From positions 1 to 56,303 of the forward strand of contig JAZOMR010000023.1 in NCBI GenBank assembly GCA_045654105.1: 56,303 nucleotides of DNA. The letters run 5' to 3'. The stretch is from Faecalimonas sp. (GTDB lineage: Bacteria > Bacillota > Clostridia > Lachnospirales > Lachnospiraceae). The translations under genes were made by a program, and so were the position numbers. This document shows positions 47,014 to 56,303 of this stretch, piece after piece. Position 1 is the first letter of the stretch, and each line of letters opens with the position of its first letter. Under the pieces are notes generated by a model. That model was given only the letters and a program-made list of their open reading frames with translations. It ran no database searches and was not told the DNA's origin.

Positions 47014-47994
47014 ATGGTTAATGATAATAAAGACAAGATAAACCGAGTTCTTTCAATATATTCCAAGTTGATGAATGGATATGTCGTCAACAAATCAGAA
47101 GAAGCACAAAACTATGGCGTGAATGAAAGAAGTATTCAGAGAGATTTGGAAGATATTCGAGAGTACATGGATGCAGAGTCAACGGAGACAGGCATGTTAA
47201 ATACAGTTGTCTATGATCGACGACAAAACGGATACAGGTTAGAAAAAATATATGACATGAAACTGAGTAATAGTGAGATATTGGCAATTTGTAAGATCTT
47301 ATTGGATAGTCGCTCCCTAACAAAGAAAGAAATGAATTCTGTACTCAAAAAAATGGTTGATTGCTGCGTCCCTGAAGCAAATAGGAAGGTTGTTCAAGAA
47401 CTGATTAATAATGAACAGTTTCATTATATAGAACCGCGTCATCAATCTGTGTTTATTGATAAGATGTGGGAAATTGGAATGGCTATCAAAGAGCATAGAT
47501 ACATAGAAATTAAATATCAGGGAGTGCAAGGTTCCACGTTAAAAACAAGAAAATTAAAACCATTAGCAATCATGTTTTCCGAGTATTATTTCTATTTAAC
47601 CGCACTTATTGACGATGATGTTGTCAAAGAAAATTTCAGCGTGTTAGACGACTCGTTCCCGACGATATATCGAATAGATAGGATACAAAATTTAAAGATA
47701 CTTAATGAAAAATATCAGATTCCTTACAAAGATCGATTTGAAGAAGGCGAGTTTAGAAAAAGAATTCAGTTTATGTATGGTGGTCGATTACGAAGGATTC
47801 GATTTACATATTCGGGTTATTCTGTAGAAGCTGTGCTCGATAGACTTCCGACGGCAACAATTGAAACGATTGATAAAATAGACGGTAAGCGAAATCTGTA
47901 TACTATTTCTGCTGAAGTGTTTGGTGATGGTATAGACATGTGGCTTAGAAGCCAAGGGGAATTTGTTACAATTCTTGATTGTAAGACTTACTAG
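47014..47994 (+). CDS. WYL-domain transcriptional regulator (wHTH-WYL-WCX)
   Basis: YGVNERSIQRDL HTH, P.AIMFSEYYFYL, YRIDRI, WLRSQG. GGAGG RBS before ATG at 47014. Confidence 0.9.
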   Translation: MVNDNKDKINRVLSIYSKLMNGYVVNKSEEAQNYGVNERSIQRDLEDIREYMDAESTETGMLNTVVYDRRQNGYRLEKIYDMKLSNSEILAICKILLDSRSLTKKEMNSVLKKMVDCCVPEANRKVVQELINNEQFHYIEPRHQSVFIDKMWEIGMAIKEHRYIEIKYQGVQGSTLKTRKLKPLAIMFSEYYFYLTALIDDDVVKENFSVLDDSFPTIYRIDRIQNLKILNEKYQIPYKDRFEEGEFRKRIQFMYGGRLRRIRFTYSGYSVEAVLDRLPTATIETIDKIDGKRNLYTISAEVFGDGIDMWLRSQGEFVTILDCKTY

Positions 47995-48020
47995 ATAATA
48001 AAACAAGGAAAGGGAATGAT

Positions 48021-48932
48021 ATGATAGATTTACAAACAGATAAATACAACAAAATATGTGTCGTTGCGCCTATGAGTAGCGGTAAATCAACGCTAATTAA
48101 TGCTCTATTAGGCAGTCAATTACTACCAGCCAGCAATTATGCTTGCACGGCTACCAAGCAAGAGATTGTCATAAATAAAAGACTGAAGAATCCCAAAATT
48201 CATTACAAAGATGATAATGGGGAAAAAATGTGTATCAGAAATGCCAGGTTACAAGATGTGGAACAATTAAATGGCACTTCTTCTAGTTTTTATATAGAAA
48301 GCAATTTAGCAGGTAATATATACACAAAAAGGCAATTACTAATCATTGACACCCCGGGAACAAATTATTTCGATGACAAAAAGCATTTCAAAGCAACTCA
48401 CGAAGTGTTGGGTAAGATAGAAGACAGCTTAATTCTATATGTCATGAATGTTTCTCATGTAGGAACTGAAGATGAAGTTAGATTGCTGAACACAATTGCG
48501 GATAGTTTAAGGAAAAAGAATCAACTTATTATTGTTTTAAATAAAGTTGATTCTTTGGACCGAAGTAAAGAAAGCATAGAAGATTTTATGTTTTCTACAA
48601 TTCCAAAACAGATGACATCATTAGGAATAGACCAATATCATTTGATTGCATGTTCAGGAGAGGCTGCGTTATTATTCCGAAGGGCACTGAAATATGAAGC
48701 TATGAGTGCAAGTGATTCTGATAAACTCTATAGATATTATAAATATTTTGCGAGGGGCGATAGCAATTCACTTGAACGGTACTCGTTTTCGTCGGATTTG
48801 ATAAGCGAAGAAGAGACAATAAAAATTGATGAGGAATTATATTCAATACGAAAACTAAAGATGGCATTAAAAAGCACAGGCATTTGCGAGCTAGAAAATT
48901 ATATTAGTCAAGCTTGCTTTAGTAAAAGATAA
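48021..48932 (+). CDS. Dynamin-like GTPase, short (G domain only)
   Basis: APMSSGKSTLINALLG..LLP...ACT, IDTPG, NKVD. Confidence 0.85.
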   Translation: MIDLQTDKYNKICVVAPMSSGKSTLINALLGSQLLPASNYACTATKQEIVINKRLKNPKIHYKDDNGEKMCIRNARLQDVEQLNGTSSSFYIESNLAGNIYTKRQLLIIDTPGTNYFDDKKHFKATHEVLGKIEDSLILYVMNVSHVGTEDEVRLLNTIADSLRKKNQLIIVLNKVDSLDRSKESIEDFMFSTIPKQMTSLGIDQYHLIACSGEAALLFRRALKYEAMSASDSDKLYRYYKYFARGDSNSLERYSFSSDLISEEETIKIDEELYSIRKLKMALKSTGICELENYISQACFSKR

Positions 48933-48946
48933 GGAGACAGAAGAAA

Positions 48947-51247
48947 ATGAGAAATATATATGTAAAGTACAACCCGTATACAGTAAGAACACAGTTTGAG
49001 GTAGATGGTAAAACGATAGGTAGATTGTCAGATTTTTATGAAAAACAAGAGGATGTTCGGTTACAAGAATGGATTGAACCATCAGGAGATTGGCAAGGAT
49101 TTTACGAAGAATTACGTCAATACCTTAATTCTTCCGAGGCAATAAAAATAACTTTTGAAGGAACCGAATTGGACTACGAGGATTTTATATATGCATATAA
49201 AAAATATGGTTCTTGTTTTAAAAGGATTGATTTCGAGTTTATTAAAGGAACGAATGATACGGATAGGTTGCAAGTCTTAAGAAACAAATTTGATGAATTA
49301 AAAGAAGGGCCAATCGAAGAATTGCGTGACGGTGCAATTAAAGAGGCATTCGAAAAAGCACTATCTAGTGAGTTTGAAGTTGTTGTAATTGCGCCGATGA
49401 GTAGTGGGAAGTCTACACTAATCAATGCAATATTAGGCACGGACATACTACCTGCATATAATGCAGCAACAACGGCAACGGTAACCAAAATTAAAGATGT
49501 GGATACTGAAGACAAATTTTATGTAACTTGCAAGGATAACAAAGGCAAAATACTGGTAGAACATGTTGAGGCAACATTAGATCTAATTAACAAATTAAAC
49601 TTAAAGGCGGACGCAGATAAGAATATAGATTCGATTGACATTCAAGGGAATATACCTAACCTCCCGTCTGATAAAGTAAATATCGTTTTTGTCGACACGC
49701 CAGGGGGAAACAATTCGCAGGATGAAATACATAAACAAGTTATGCAAAATGCTGTGAAAGATGAAAACAAGGGAATGGTTTTATTTGTTTTCAATTACAC
49801 ACAGCTAGAAACAGATGATTGTGATGCGATTTTATCAATTGCAGCGCAAGCAATGAAAAATGCCACAACTGGAAAACAGGCGCGTGATAGATTTATTTTT
49901 GTGTGCAATAAGATGGATGCCCAAGATCCTGAAAAAGAACCATATGAAAAATTATTTGAGAAAATATATGCACATCTAAAGAAAAAAGGTATTGAAGAAC
50001 CGAATCTGTTCTTAACTTGCGCTGATGCTTGTAAATTAATTCGAATGGGAAAAAACGGAGTCAGCATGACGGAGTCAGAGGAGGATCGCCTAGATGCGTA
50101 TCTAAAACCATTTAATAGACCTTCTAGGAGACTTTTTAAGTATGCTTCAGTTTCTCCTGAAATCAAGGAAATATATTTGAAAAAAGTGGAAGAAATCGCT
50201 AGCACCGGAGCAAGGAGAAGTGAAGAGGTTGCAGAAATAAATTCAGGAATACCAGTATTGGAAGCGGCCATAACGCAATATATTACTAAATACGCGCAGG
50301 CAATAAAAGTGAAAACAGCACACGACATTTTTATGAGACGTGTGGTGGAATTAGACATGAAAGCCAAAAGTGAGGCTAGATGGAGTAGCTCAGAACAAGA
50401 GTATAACAACATGCGTAGGGAATTAGAAGAAAAAGAAGCCTTACTGGAAAAAGACCAAAAACTGCAACATTTTAAAGGCAGAGTTGATGCCATAAAGGGA
50501 GATTATAGCAGTACCCAAACAATTTTGGAAAAATTGACAGAAGAGCTTTTTGAGTTCCGTTATAAATATGGAAATAAAGTTAAGAAGGAAGAAGCCGACT
50601 CAATTATCCAACAATGGTATGAGGAGTTAAAAAAGGTAGGAACACGCTGTGAACGAGAACTCGTAATGACATTAGAAAATTGCGTTTACAAACAATGCAA
50701 AGAGATATTACAGGAATATAAGACTTATATTATGGAGTTGGATCGAAATGGCATGTTAAACATAGGTGATTACAACTTTAGGAAAATATCGGGATTTGAA
50801 GAATTGACAATCGATGAATTAAATGCTATTGCAAGTGAACATGTTGTGGAAGAAGTGACTGGTCAAAGAACCCGTGAAAGAAGTGGTTTCCTTAATTGGT
50901 TTAGGAGGTTATTTGGTAGCAGTAAAGGATGGTATCGAGAAGATATTAAAGAAGATTTTGTTTTAATGGAGGATGTAATACAAAACATCAACTATAAATT
51001 ATATGATCAGATAGAGAAAGAAGTAGATGCTGAGATTAAACGCGCCAAAGAGAATGAGGCGAAAATTAAAAAGTTTGTCAATGCGAAACTTTATGATATT
51101 GACAGAAGAGTTAAACGTGAAATACAAAATGTTAAGCAGGCTACATCTGATAAGGAAGCCCTACGAAAAAAAGCAGATGAAAACAAAGCAAATATGGAAT
51201 GGCTGGCAAAATTTGTTGCTGACATTGAATGTTTGTTAGATGTGTAA
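48947..51247 (+). CDS. Dynamin-like GTPase, long
   Basis: APMSSGKST, ATTAT, VDTPG, NKMD; helical stalk; amphipathic FLNWFRRLFG. Confidence 0.88.
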   Translation: MRNIYVKYNPYTVRTQFEVDGKTIGRLSDFYEKQEDVRLQEWIEPSGDWQGFYEELRQYLNSSEAIKITFEGTELDYEDFIYAYKKYGSCFKRIDFEFIKGTNDTDRLQVLRNKFDELKEGPIEELRDGAIKEAFEKALSSEFEVVVIAPMSSGKSTLINAILGTDILPAYNAATTATVTKIKDVDTEDKFYVTCKDNKGKILVEHVEATLDLINKLNLKADADKNIDSIDIQGNIPNLPSDKVNIVFVDTPGGNNSQDEIHKQVMQNAVKDENKGMVLFVFNYTQLETDDCDAILSIAAQAMKNATTGKQARDRFIFVCNKMDAQDPEKEPYEKLFEKIYAHLKKKGIEEPNLFLTCADACKLIRMGKNGVSMTESEEDRLDAYLKPFNRPSRRLFKYASVSPEIKEIYLKKVEEIASTGARRSEEVAEINSGIPVLEAAITQYITKYAQAIKVKTAHDIFMRRVVELDMKAKSEARWSSSEQEYNNMRRELEEKEALLEKDQKLQHFKGRVDAIKGDYSSTQTILEKLTEELFEFRYKYGNKVKKEEADSIIQQWYEELKKVGTRCERELVMTLENCVYKQCKEILQEYKTYIMELDRNGMLNIGDYNFRKISGFEELTIDELNAIASEHVVEEVTGQRTRERSGFLNWFRRLFGSSKGWYREDIKEDFVLMEDVIQNINYKLYDQIEKEVDAEIKRAKENEAKIKKFVNAKLYDIDRRVKREIQNVKQATSDKEALRKKADENKANMEWLAKFVADIECLLDV

Positions 51248-51265
51248 AAAGGAGGTAGTATTCTT

Positions 51266-51733
51266 ATGAAAGCAGATTTTATACAACTTATTGCAAGTGA
51301 GAATGTTGAGGCAATTCGTGACAAACTGTTCGCAATTGCTAGTGCGAATCCTGATTTGGGGAACGGTGAGTTTACAGACTGTTTGAAATATGCTGAGAAT
51401 AAAATTGGAGAAGAAAAACTTTATGAAGCATATAATTCATCATTTGTTGCTTCTTCAGATCAAAGTGAATGGAATACAGCTTATGTTTCTCGCTTATTCT
51501 TAGCAATGAGAAGAAACTTTTCAAAATCTCTAATACAGCATTTTATGGAAGTTGCTCCAAAAGTTTATAAAGAAAAAGCATACCAGCGGGACTTGCAAAG
51601 GCAAACTCCAGAACCACAAGTGCAACAAGAAGAGAAAGTGGAAAGCCTGAAATCAGAGAGAAAATATCTGACCATAGGAGTTTGCGTAGTGGTGGCTTTA
51701 ATCCTTATAGTGCTACTTTTAAAGAAATTTTAG
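51266..51733 (+). CDS. Tail-anchored membrane protein
   Basis: C-terminal TM helix; GGAGG RBS. Confidence 0.75.
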   Translation: MKADFIQLIASENVEAIRDKLFAIASANPDLGNGEFTDCLKYAENKIGEEKLYEAYNSSFVASSDQSEWNTAYVSRLFLAMRRNFSKSLIQHFMEVAPKVYKEKAYQRDLQRQTPEPQVQQEEKVESLKSERKYLTIGVCVVVALILIVLLLKKF

Positions 51734-51738
51734 ACGAG

Positions 51739-52008
51739 ATGAACGAATATGAGAAGGCACATTCTCATGAAATTAGGATAGCACGTTCCCTAAATGGAAA
51801 GCAGGTGCTTATATGTTGTAGCGCTTCAAAAAAATTGAACTACATATTAATGAACAATTACATGGGGCCTGACGATTTTTATGTTTTTAAAAGTGTCGAT
51901 GATGGGCATAAGTATCGCAAACAAATGGCTTTGAGTAACCAGAAAGTGACTTTTGTGGGCACGAAGCAAGACAGGAGCGCATTGCTATACTATATAGAAT
52001 ATAAGTAG
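51739..52008 (+). CDS. Hypothetical protein, 89 aa
   Basis: Fills the operon gap in the same orientation; start uncertain. Confidence 0.5.
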   Translation: MNEYEKAHSHEIRIARSLNGKQVLICCSASKKLNYILMNNYMGPDDFYVFKSVDDGHKYRKQMALSNQKVTFVGTKQDRSALLYYIEYK

Positions 52009-52021
52009 GAAGGACAATCAC

Positions 52022-55000
52022 ATGAACAACGAAAAAACGGACGTAAGAAGCGAAGAGGAATTAGTTAACGCTTTTGAGATGGCAGACAATATTGTTTTTA
52101 AGAACTATATTGGTAGATTAGAAAAGATGGATATTGTAGAACCGAGTGAAGAACTTATGAAAATCGAGGTGGGGGAAAAAGTTCGTCTTTTGAAGGTGGA
52201 AAAAATAATATATGATCCAACAGAGAATAATTTGCAAAAACTGACGAATTTGTATAATATGGCATATTCGCAAAATCTTGATTTAGTGTTGTTAATTAAC
52301 TCCGAAGGAAAAGACACCGAATTATTAATAGGAATATGCGATAATCAGAGTGAAGAACCGATTGAAGCAGGATTACAAAAAGGAATCGAATCGTTTTATA
52401 ACTGCTTTGTCGGAAATTTTCCGGGAAGCCTAGGAGAACTGAAAAAAATTCAGATGAAGAACGAAGAGAATAAATCGATAATTGAAAGGTGTTTTGCAGA
52501 AAAAGAAGCAGTTTCCGTTGTGTCCGGAATCGCCTCAATAAGGGGAGAGAAGGAAGAGAAAAACGAGAATTTCATTCAAGGAATTGAAAAATTGATTGAT
52601 TCCATGCGTGGCCAAGACTACTCCGTAATGATTTTGGCAAATCCAGTAAGTAAAGAGGAATTGAATGAGTTAAAGAATGAGTTGGAGAATCTTTATAGTT
52701 CGCTAAAACCTTTCGAAAAGACAATTAGAAGTTTTTCAGAAAGCCATACTGATGGTATTTCTTCCTCAATTAGTAAAGGTTTTTCAGACAGCTACGGCAG
52801 CAGTAAATCAAAATCATTATCACTGGGAACTACAAAGACTACAAGCCATACCAAAGGGCATTCTGTTGGAGCTAGTATAAATGTGGGGGGAATGCTTTCG
52901 ACGGCAATTTCAACTGGTGCGTCATTAATATTAGGTCCTATCGGTGGGACAATAGCAAAAGCAGTTACAAAAGGTCTTTCTGGAGGGGTAGGCGTGAATG
53001 CATCTATACAGCGTTCCACAACACAAACAGAAGGAACAACTGAAACGGAAACCAATACTGAATCGACAAACGAGCAGCATAGTGAAACGGAAACCAATAC
53101 TGAATCGTCTAGCGCAAGCGACACAACAGGAAGTTCTCTTCAAATTGAGTATATCAATAAAAGTGTTAAACAATTATTAGACAGAATAGACAAGCAGTTG
53201 GAAAGATTAAAAAAATGTGAGAGTTTTGGAGTCTATACAATAGCATCCTACTTCTGCGCAAAGAATACAGGATACTCAAATATGGCAGCAAGTATATATA
53301 AGTCTTTAATAAGTGGTGATAATTCATCTGTTGAAGCTTCACACATATCATCGTGGGGTGATGAAGAGCGTGTAAGTGAAATTAAATCGTATTTGATGAG
53401 AATGCATCATCCAGTATTTAAATTACTAGCAGGCACAAACGAAAATTATGTGACGGCTGTTTCCTTAGTCAGCGGTAACGAGTTAGCAATACAAGCAGGA
53501 TTGCCGAAAAAGTCGGTTCCTGGTGTGGTCGTAACTGATTGTGCCTCTTTCGGACGAAATTTATATATGCTTACTGGAGATAAAAAATCCAAAAACATAG
53601 AGATAGGTAATGTTTACCACATGTACAGTGACGAAGGAACAAAAGTACAACTTAAGGTGAATGATTTGTCGATGCATACATTTGTGACTGGGGCAACAGG
53701 TTCTGGGAAATCAAATGCAGTATACCAATTATTACGAAAATTAGACGAGTCGGGAGATGAAGGTATTAAATTTTTAATCATTGAGCCGGCTAAGGGAGAA
53801 TATAAACATGTTTTTGGTAACAGAGAAGATGTTACAGTATATGGTACAAACCCTAAGAAGAGTAAAATGTTGAAGGTCAACCCGTTTAGTTTTCCGGATG
53901 ATATTCATGTTCTTGAACATATTGATAAATTAATAGAGATTTTCAATGTATGCTGGCCTATGTATGCAGCCATGCCAGCCGTGTTAAAGGACGCTGTCGA
54001 GAAAGCATACGTGGGTGCGGGATGGGATTTAGACGATTCTACAAATTCACATGGCAATCTCTACCCAACCTTTAATGACGTGTTAAGCAAATTGTCCGAA
54101 GTAATTAATGCTTCCGAGTTTTCAGAGGAAGTCAAGAGTAATTATGCTGGCGCTCTTCTTACAAGAGTGAAATCTTTAACTAACGGAATTAATGGAAGAA
54201 TCTTTACGGCTGATGAATATTCAGGTGAAGAATTGTTTGACGAAAATGCAATCGTGGATATTAGTAGAGTGGGATCTATAGAAACCAAATCCTTGTTGAT
54301 GGGGATTTTAGTGATGAAGCTACAAGAACACCGCTTGAATCAAGGAGGAAGAAACAAAGAACTTCATCATGTGACTGTTCTTGAAGAAGCTCATAACTTG
54401 CTTAAAGCAAATGCTTCATCAGTTGGCGCTTCAGAGGGAGCGGATTTGGCTGGAAAATCTGTTGAGATGCTATCAAATATTATAGCAGAAGTTAGAACTT
54501 ATGGAGAAGGATTTATAATTGTAGATCAAGCGCCAGGATTACTGGACGCTTCTGTGATTCGAAATACAAATACCAAAATAATATTACGCCTTCCTGATTA
54601 CGAAGACAGACAGTTAGTGGGAAAAGCGGCTAACCTGACGGATATCCAGATTAATGAAATTTCAAAGTTGCCAGTAGGAGTTGCAGCTATTTATCATAAC
54701 GATTGGCTAGAGCCTGTATTATGTCATTTTGAAAAATATAGTGGCGAAAGCGACTTTCAGTATGAAGGAGACAAGGACGAAATCAATAATTGCAATCGTT
54801 TGTTGAAATATTTAGTCGACCAGAAAACTTGCGTTCATGAAAAAACAGATGCAATTGACGAAGTGGAAAAGTGGATAGAAACATCTAAAATATGCGCAGA
54901 AACCAAAAGAAAGTTATTAGCAGCAGTTCAAAGCAAAAAAGAAATCTCTGAGGAATTATACCGAGATGCAGTATGCGATATGTATGACGATGATTCTGCG

Positions 55001-55207
55001 TTCATTGTGGCTTCCGAAGCGTCTAATATTGAAGAATGGAATAAGGTGTTGGTAGAACATTTGGAACCAATGCTAAGGAATGTAGATGAAATGTACCAAC
55101 GTGTGGTTATTAAAAATATTCTAGAAAAACGAGCAATGAAAGATGCAAGCTTTCAAGAAATAAATCTTAAATGGATAAATTACATGACGCACAAAGGATT
55201 GCTGTAG
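52022..55207 (+). CDS. HerA/FtsK-like (DUF87) ATPase with Ser/Thr-rich and glycine-zipper insertion
   Basis: HTFVTGATGSGKS, IEPAKGEY, VLEEAHNLL, EVRTYGEG..VDQAP, NTNTKI; S/T-rich insert at about aa 238-375. Confidence 0.85.
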   Translation: MNNEKTDVRSEEELVNAFEMADNIVFKNYIGRLEKMDIVEPSEELMKIEVGEKVRLLKVEKIIYDPTENNLQKLTNLYNMAYSQNLDLVLLINSEGKDTELLIGICDNQSEEPIEAGLQKGIESFYNCFVGNFPGSLGELKKIQMKNEENKSIIERCFAEKEAVSVVSGIASIRGEKEEKNENFIQGIEKLIDSMRGQDYSVMILANPVSKEELNELKNELENLYSSLKPFEKTIRSFSESHTDGISSSISKGFSDSYGSSKSKSLSLGTTKTTSHTKGHSVGASINVGGMLSTAISTGASLILGPIGGTIAKAVTKGLSGGVGVNASIQRSTTQTEGTTETETNTESTNEQHSETETNTESSSASDTTGSSLQIEYINKSVKQLLDRIDKQLERLKKCESFGVYTIASYFCAKNTGYSNMAASIYKSLISGDNSSVEASHISSWGDEERVSEIKSYLMRMHHPVFKLLAGTNENYVTAVSLVSGNELAIQAGLPKKSVPGVVVTDCASFGRNLYMLTGDKKSKNIEIGNVYHMYSDEGTKVQLKVNDLSMHTFVTGATGSGKSNAVYQLLRKLDESGDEGIKFLIIEPAKGEYKHVFGNREDVTVYGTNPKKSKMLKVNPFSFPDDIHVLEHIDKLIEIFNVCWPMYAAMPAVLKDAVEKAYVGAGWDLDDSTNSHGNLYPTFNDVLSKLSEVINASEFSEEVKSNYAGALLTRVKSLTNGINGRIFTADEYSGEELFDENAIVDISRVGSIETKSLLMGILVMKLQEHRLNQGGRNKELHHVTVLEEAHNLLKANASSVGASEGADLAGKSVEMLSNIIAEVRTYGEGFIIVDQAPGLLDASVIRNTNTKIILRLPDYEDRQLVGKAANLTDIQINEISKLPVGVAAIYHNDWLEPVLCHFEKYSGESDFQYEGDKDEINNCNRLLKYLVDQKTCVHEKTDAIDEVEKWIETSKICAETKRKLLAAVQSKKEISEELYRDAVCDMYDDDSAFIVASEASNIEEWNKVLVEHLEPMLRNVDEMYQRVVIKNILEKRAMKDASFQEINLKWINYMTHKGLL
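53041..53107 (+). repeat. 25-bp perfect direct repeat (ETETNTES x2)
   Basis: tgaaacggaaaccaatactgaatcg at 53041-53065 and 53083-53107. Confidence 0.85.
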
Positions 55208-55218
55208 GAGGAATAGGC

Positions 55219-55731
55219 ATGTCTAGCGAAGTTAATATCAGAGAAACAAAGGAATCGCAAGAAACTAGTGAAAACCAGAAAAGTTTCGGAGAAAAAATAA
55301 AGCCTTCATTCTTCGAAAGGTTATCTGAAGGGAATGAAGAAAAGGATAATGCAGAAAAAGAGATTCCGAATGTGGTTAAAAACAAGCAAGATGGTTGTAG
55401 GCGAGAAAAAGAGGTTGAAGAGGAATTAAAACAAAAATATCCAGAGAGTGAAGGATACCAAGTGTTAAGAGAAAGAGAACTATGTGATAAAGACGGCAAT
55501 CCGGTAGTTGACGAAAAAACAGGACAAAAACGAAGAATTGATTTTGTCGTTATCAAAGACGGAAAAGTAGTCGATATGGTGGAAGTGACTTCGAAAACAG
55601 CAGATAAAAAAGATCAATTGGCCAAAGAATATCGAATACGAGATGCTGGAGGGAATTACGTCAAAGACCATGAAGGAAATACTTGCAGAGTTCCTAATAA
55701 TGTTGAAACGAGAGTGGATAGGAGGGATTAG
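55219..55731 (+). CDS. Putative PD-(D/E)xK (REase-fold) toxin nuclease
   Basis: G..RE, RRIDFVV, VEVTS; low-complexity E/K N-terminus. AGGAGG RBS before ATG at 55219. Confidence 0.6.
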   Translation: MSSEVNIRETKESQETSENQKSFGEKIKPSFFERLSEGNEEKDNAEKEIPNVVKNKQDGCRREKEVEEELKQKYPESEGYQVLRERELCDKDGNPVVDEKTGQKRRIDFVVIKDGKVVDMVEVTSKTADKKDQLAKEYRIRDAGGNYVKDHEGNTCRVPNNVETRVDRRD

Positions 55732-55733
55732 AT

Positions 55734-56027
55734 ATGATTATTTACGACAAGGCACGTTGGCAAATAGAAGGCGGTGTTTCAGAAAAGGAAGTGATTGCAC
55801 ATTTTGAGTTCATGTTTTCATGGTTAAAAGAATATAGCCTTTTAAATGAGTATGGAAAGAAATTCTATTCAGAGGGAATAGATGAAGAAAGCATTCTTAC
55901 TGATGAAATGGTGAATGATAGCGGAAGGAAATTTCTAGACAAACATTATGATACCTATATAGCATCAATAGAATATGGAGCACGTGAAGATGCAGATAAA
56001 CTGCAAGAGTTATATTTTTCACTTTAA
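55734..56027 (+). CDS. Putative immunity protein
   Basis: Small and acidic, 2 bp after the nuclease-like gene; YDKARW..H...F.W..L..G.FL..HY..Y pattern. Confidence 0.55.
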   Translation: MIIYDKARWQIEGGVSEKEVIAHFEFMFSWLKEYSLLNEYGKKFYSEGIDEESILTDEMVNDSGRKFLDKHYDTYIASIEYGAREDADKLQELYFSL

Positions 56028-56037
56028 GAGAATATGG

Positions 56038-56079
56038 AAAATGTCGGTACAAATCTGGTGCCGGCATTTTCTGTTTTTT
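56038..56079 (+). terminator. Intrinsic terminator
   Basis: aaaatgtcggtac...gtgccggcatttt followed by ctgtttttt. Confidence 0.7.
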
Positions 56080-56100
56080 ATCTCTTAAGATATTGTTAAG

Positions 56101-56129
56101 TTGACATCAACGCTTTACCGTACTAAAAT
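56101..56129 (+). promoter_or_regulatory. Sigma-A promoter
   Basis: TTGACA-17 bp-TAAAAT. Confidence 0.75.
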
Positions 56130-56177
56130 GTAACTATAAAAAGTGTATTTACTTTTATCTGTAGGAGGGATGCAGAC

Positions 56178-56303
56178 ATGAAGAGACGTAAATGGACGCA
56201 GAAAGAGGTCAGCGACTGGCTTAAGAAGCATCACGCATTCATCTACTTTAACCCAAGTGATAAGAACTTGTTTGTGCGTAAGTATTATGGGATCGGGTGG
56301 ATT
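56178..56303 (+). CDS. DUF5808-like protein, truncated by the window end
   Basis: AGGAGG RBS; MKRRKWTQKE...IYFNPSDKNLFVRKYYGIGW. Confidence 0.65.
   Translation, partial: MKRRKWTQKEVSDWLKKHHAFIYFNPSDKNLFVRKYYGIGWI

Noticed and set aside
49795-50493. Long antisense ORFs (for example 232 aa here, 211 aa at 13880, 199 aa at 33393)
   Set aside because: Shadow frames opposite well-supported genes, with no motifs or RBS.

Overview
Low-GC Bacillota (Clostridia/Lachnospiraceae-like, inferred from gene families) sequence that looks like the first 56 kb of a large plasmid or chromid. Four blocks. (1) 1-16.5 kb, replicon backbone: DnaA box, Rep-like wHTH protein, AT-rich repeat region, dnaX plus holB-like clamp-loader genes, a catalytically degenerate YhaM-like protein, an HExxH/LPD1-like polyvalent protein, parAB with five copies of the palindrome AACCGAAC(G/C)GTTCGGT, a Toprim/DUF3854-like primase, and a Replic_Relax relaxase plus VirD4-like coupling protein. 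(2) 16.5-18.0 kb: a tyrosine recombinase gene and a strong sigma-A promoter, both enclosed by 26-bp perfect inverted loxP-like sites. This is a predicted self-inverting switch, currently ON toward block 3. (3) 18.1-40.7 kb: a non-canonical type VII secretion locus (EssC, EsaB/YukD, four WXG100-type proteins). It has no recognisable EsaA, EssA or EssB, but includes an FHA protein, a PP2C phosphatase, a Ser/Thr kinase, a TxxL-repeat membrane protein, a 1976-aa Ig-repeat surface protein and a reverse-arranged lipase toxin with a candidate immunity lipoprotein. (4) 40.8-56.3 kb, accessory/conflict genes: macro + vWA, two DUF4230-like genes, a GTPase, and an HTH-WYL-dynamin-dynamin-HerA-like ATPase-nuclease toxin/immunity operon. 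All family calls come from motif recognition by eye; no database searches were run.
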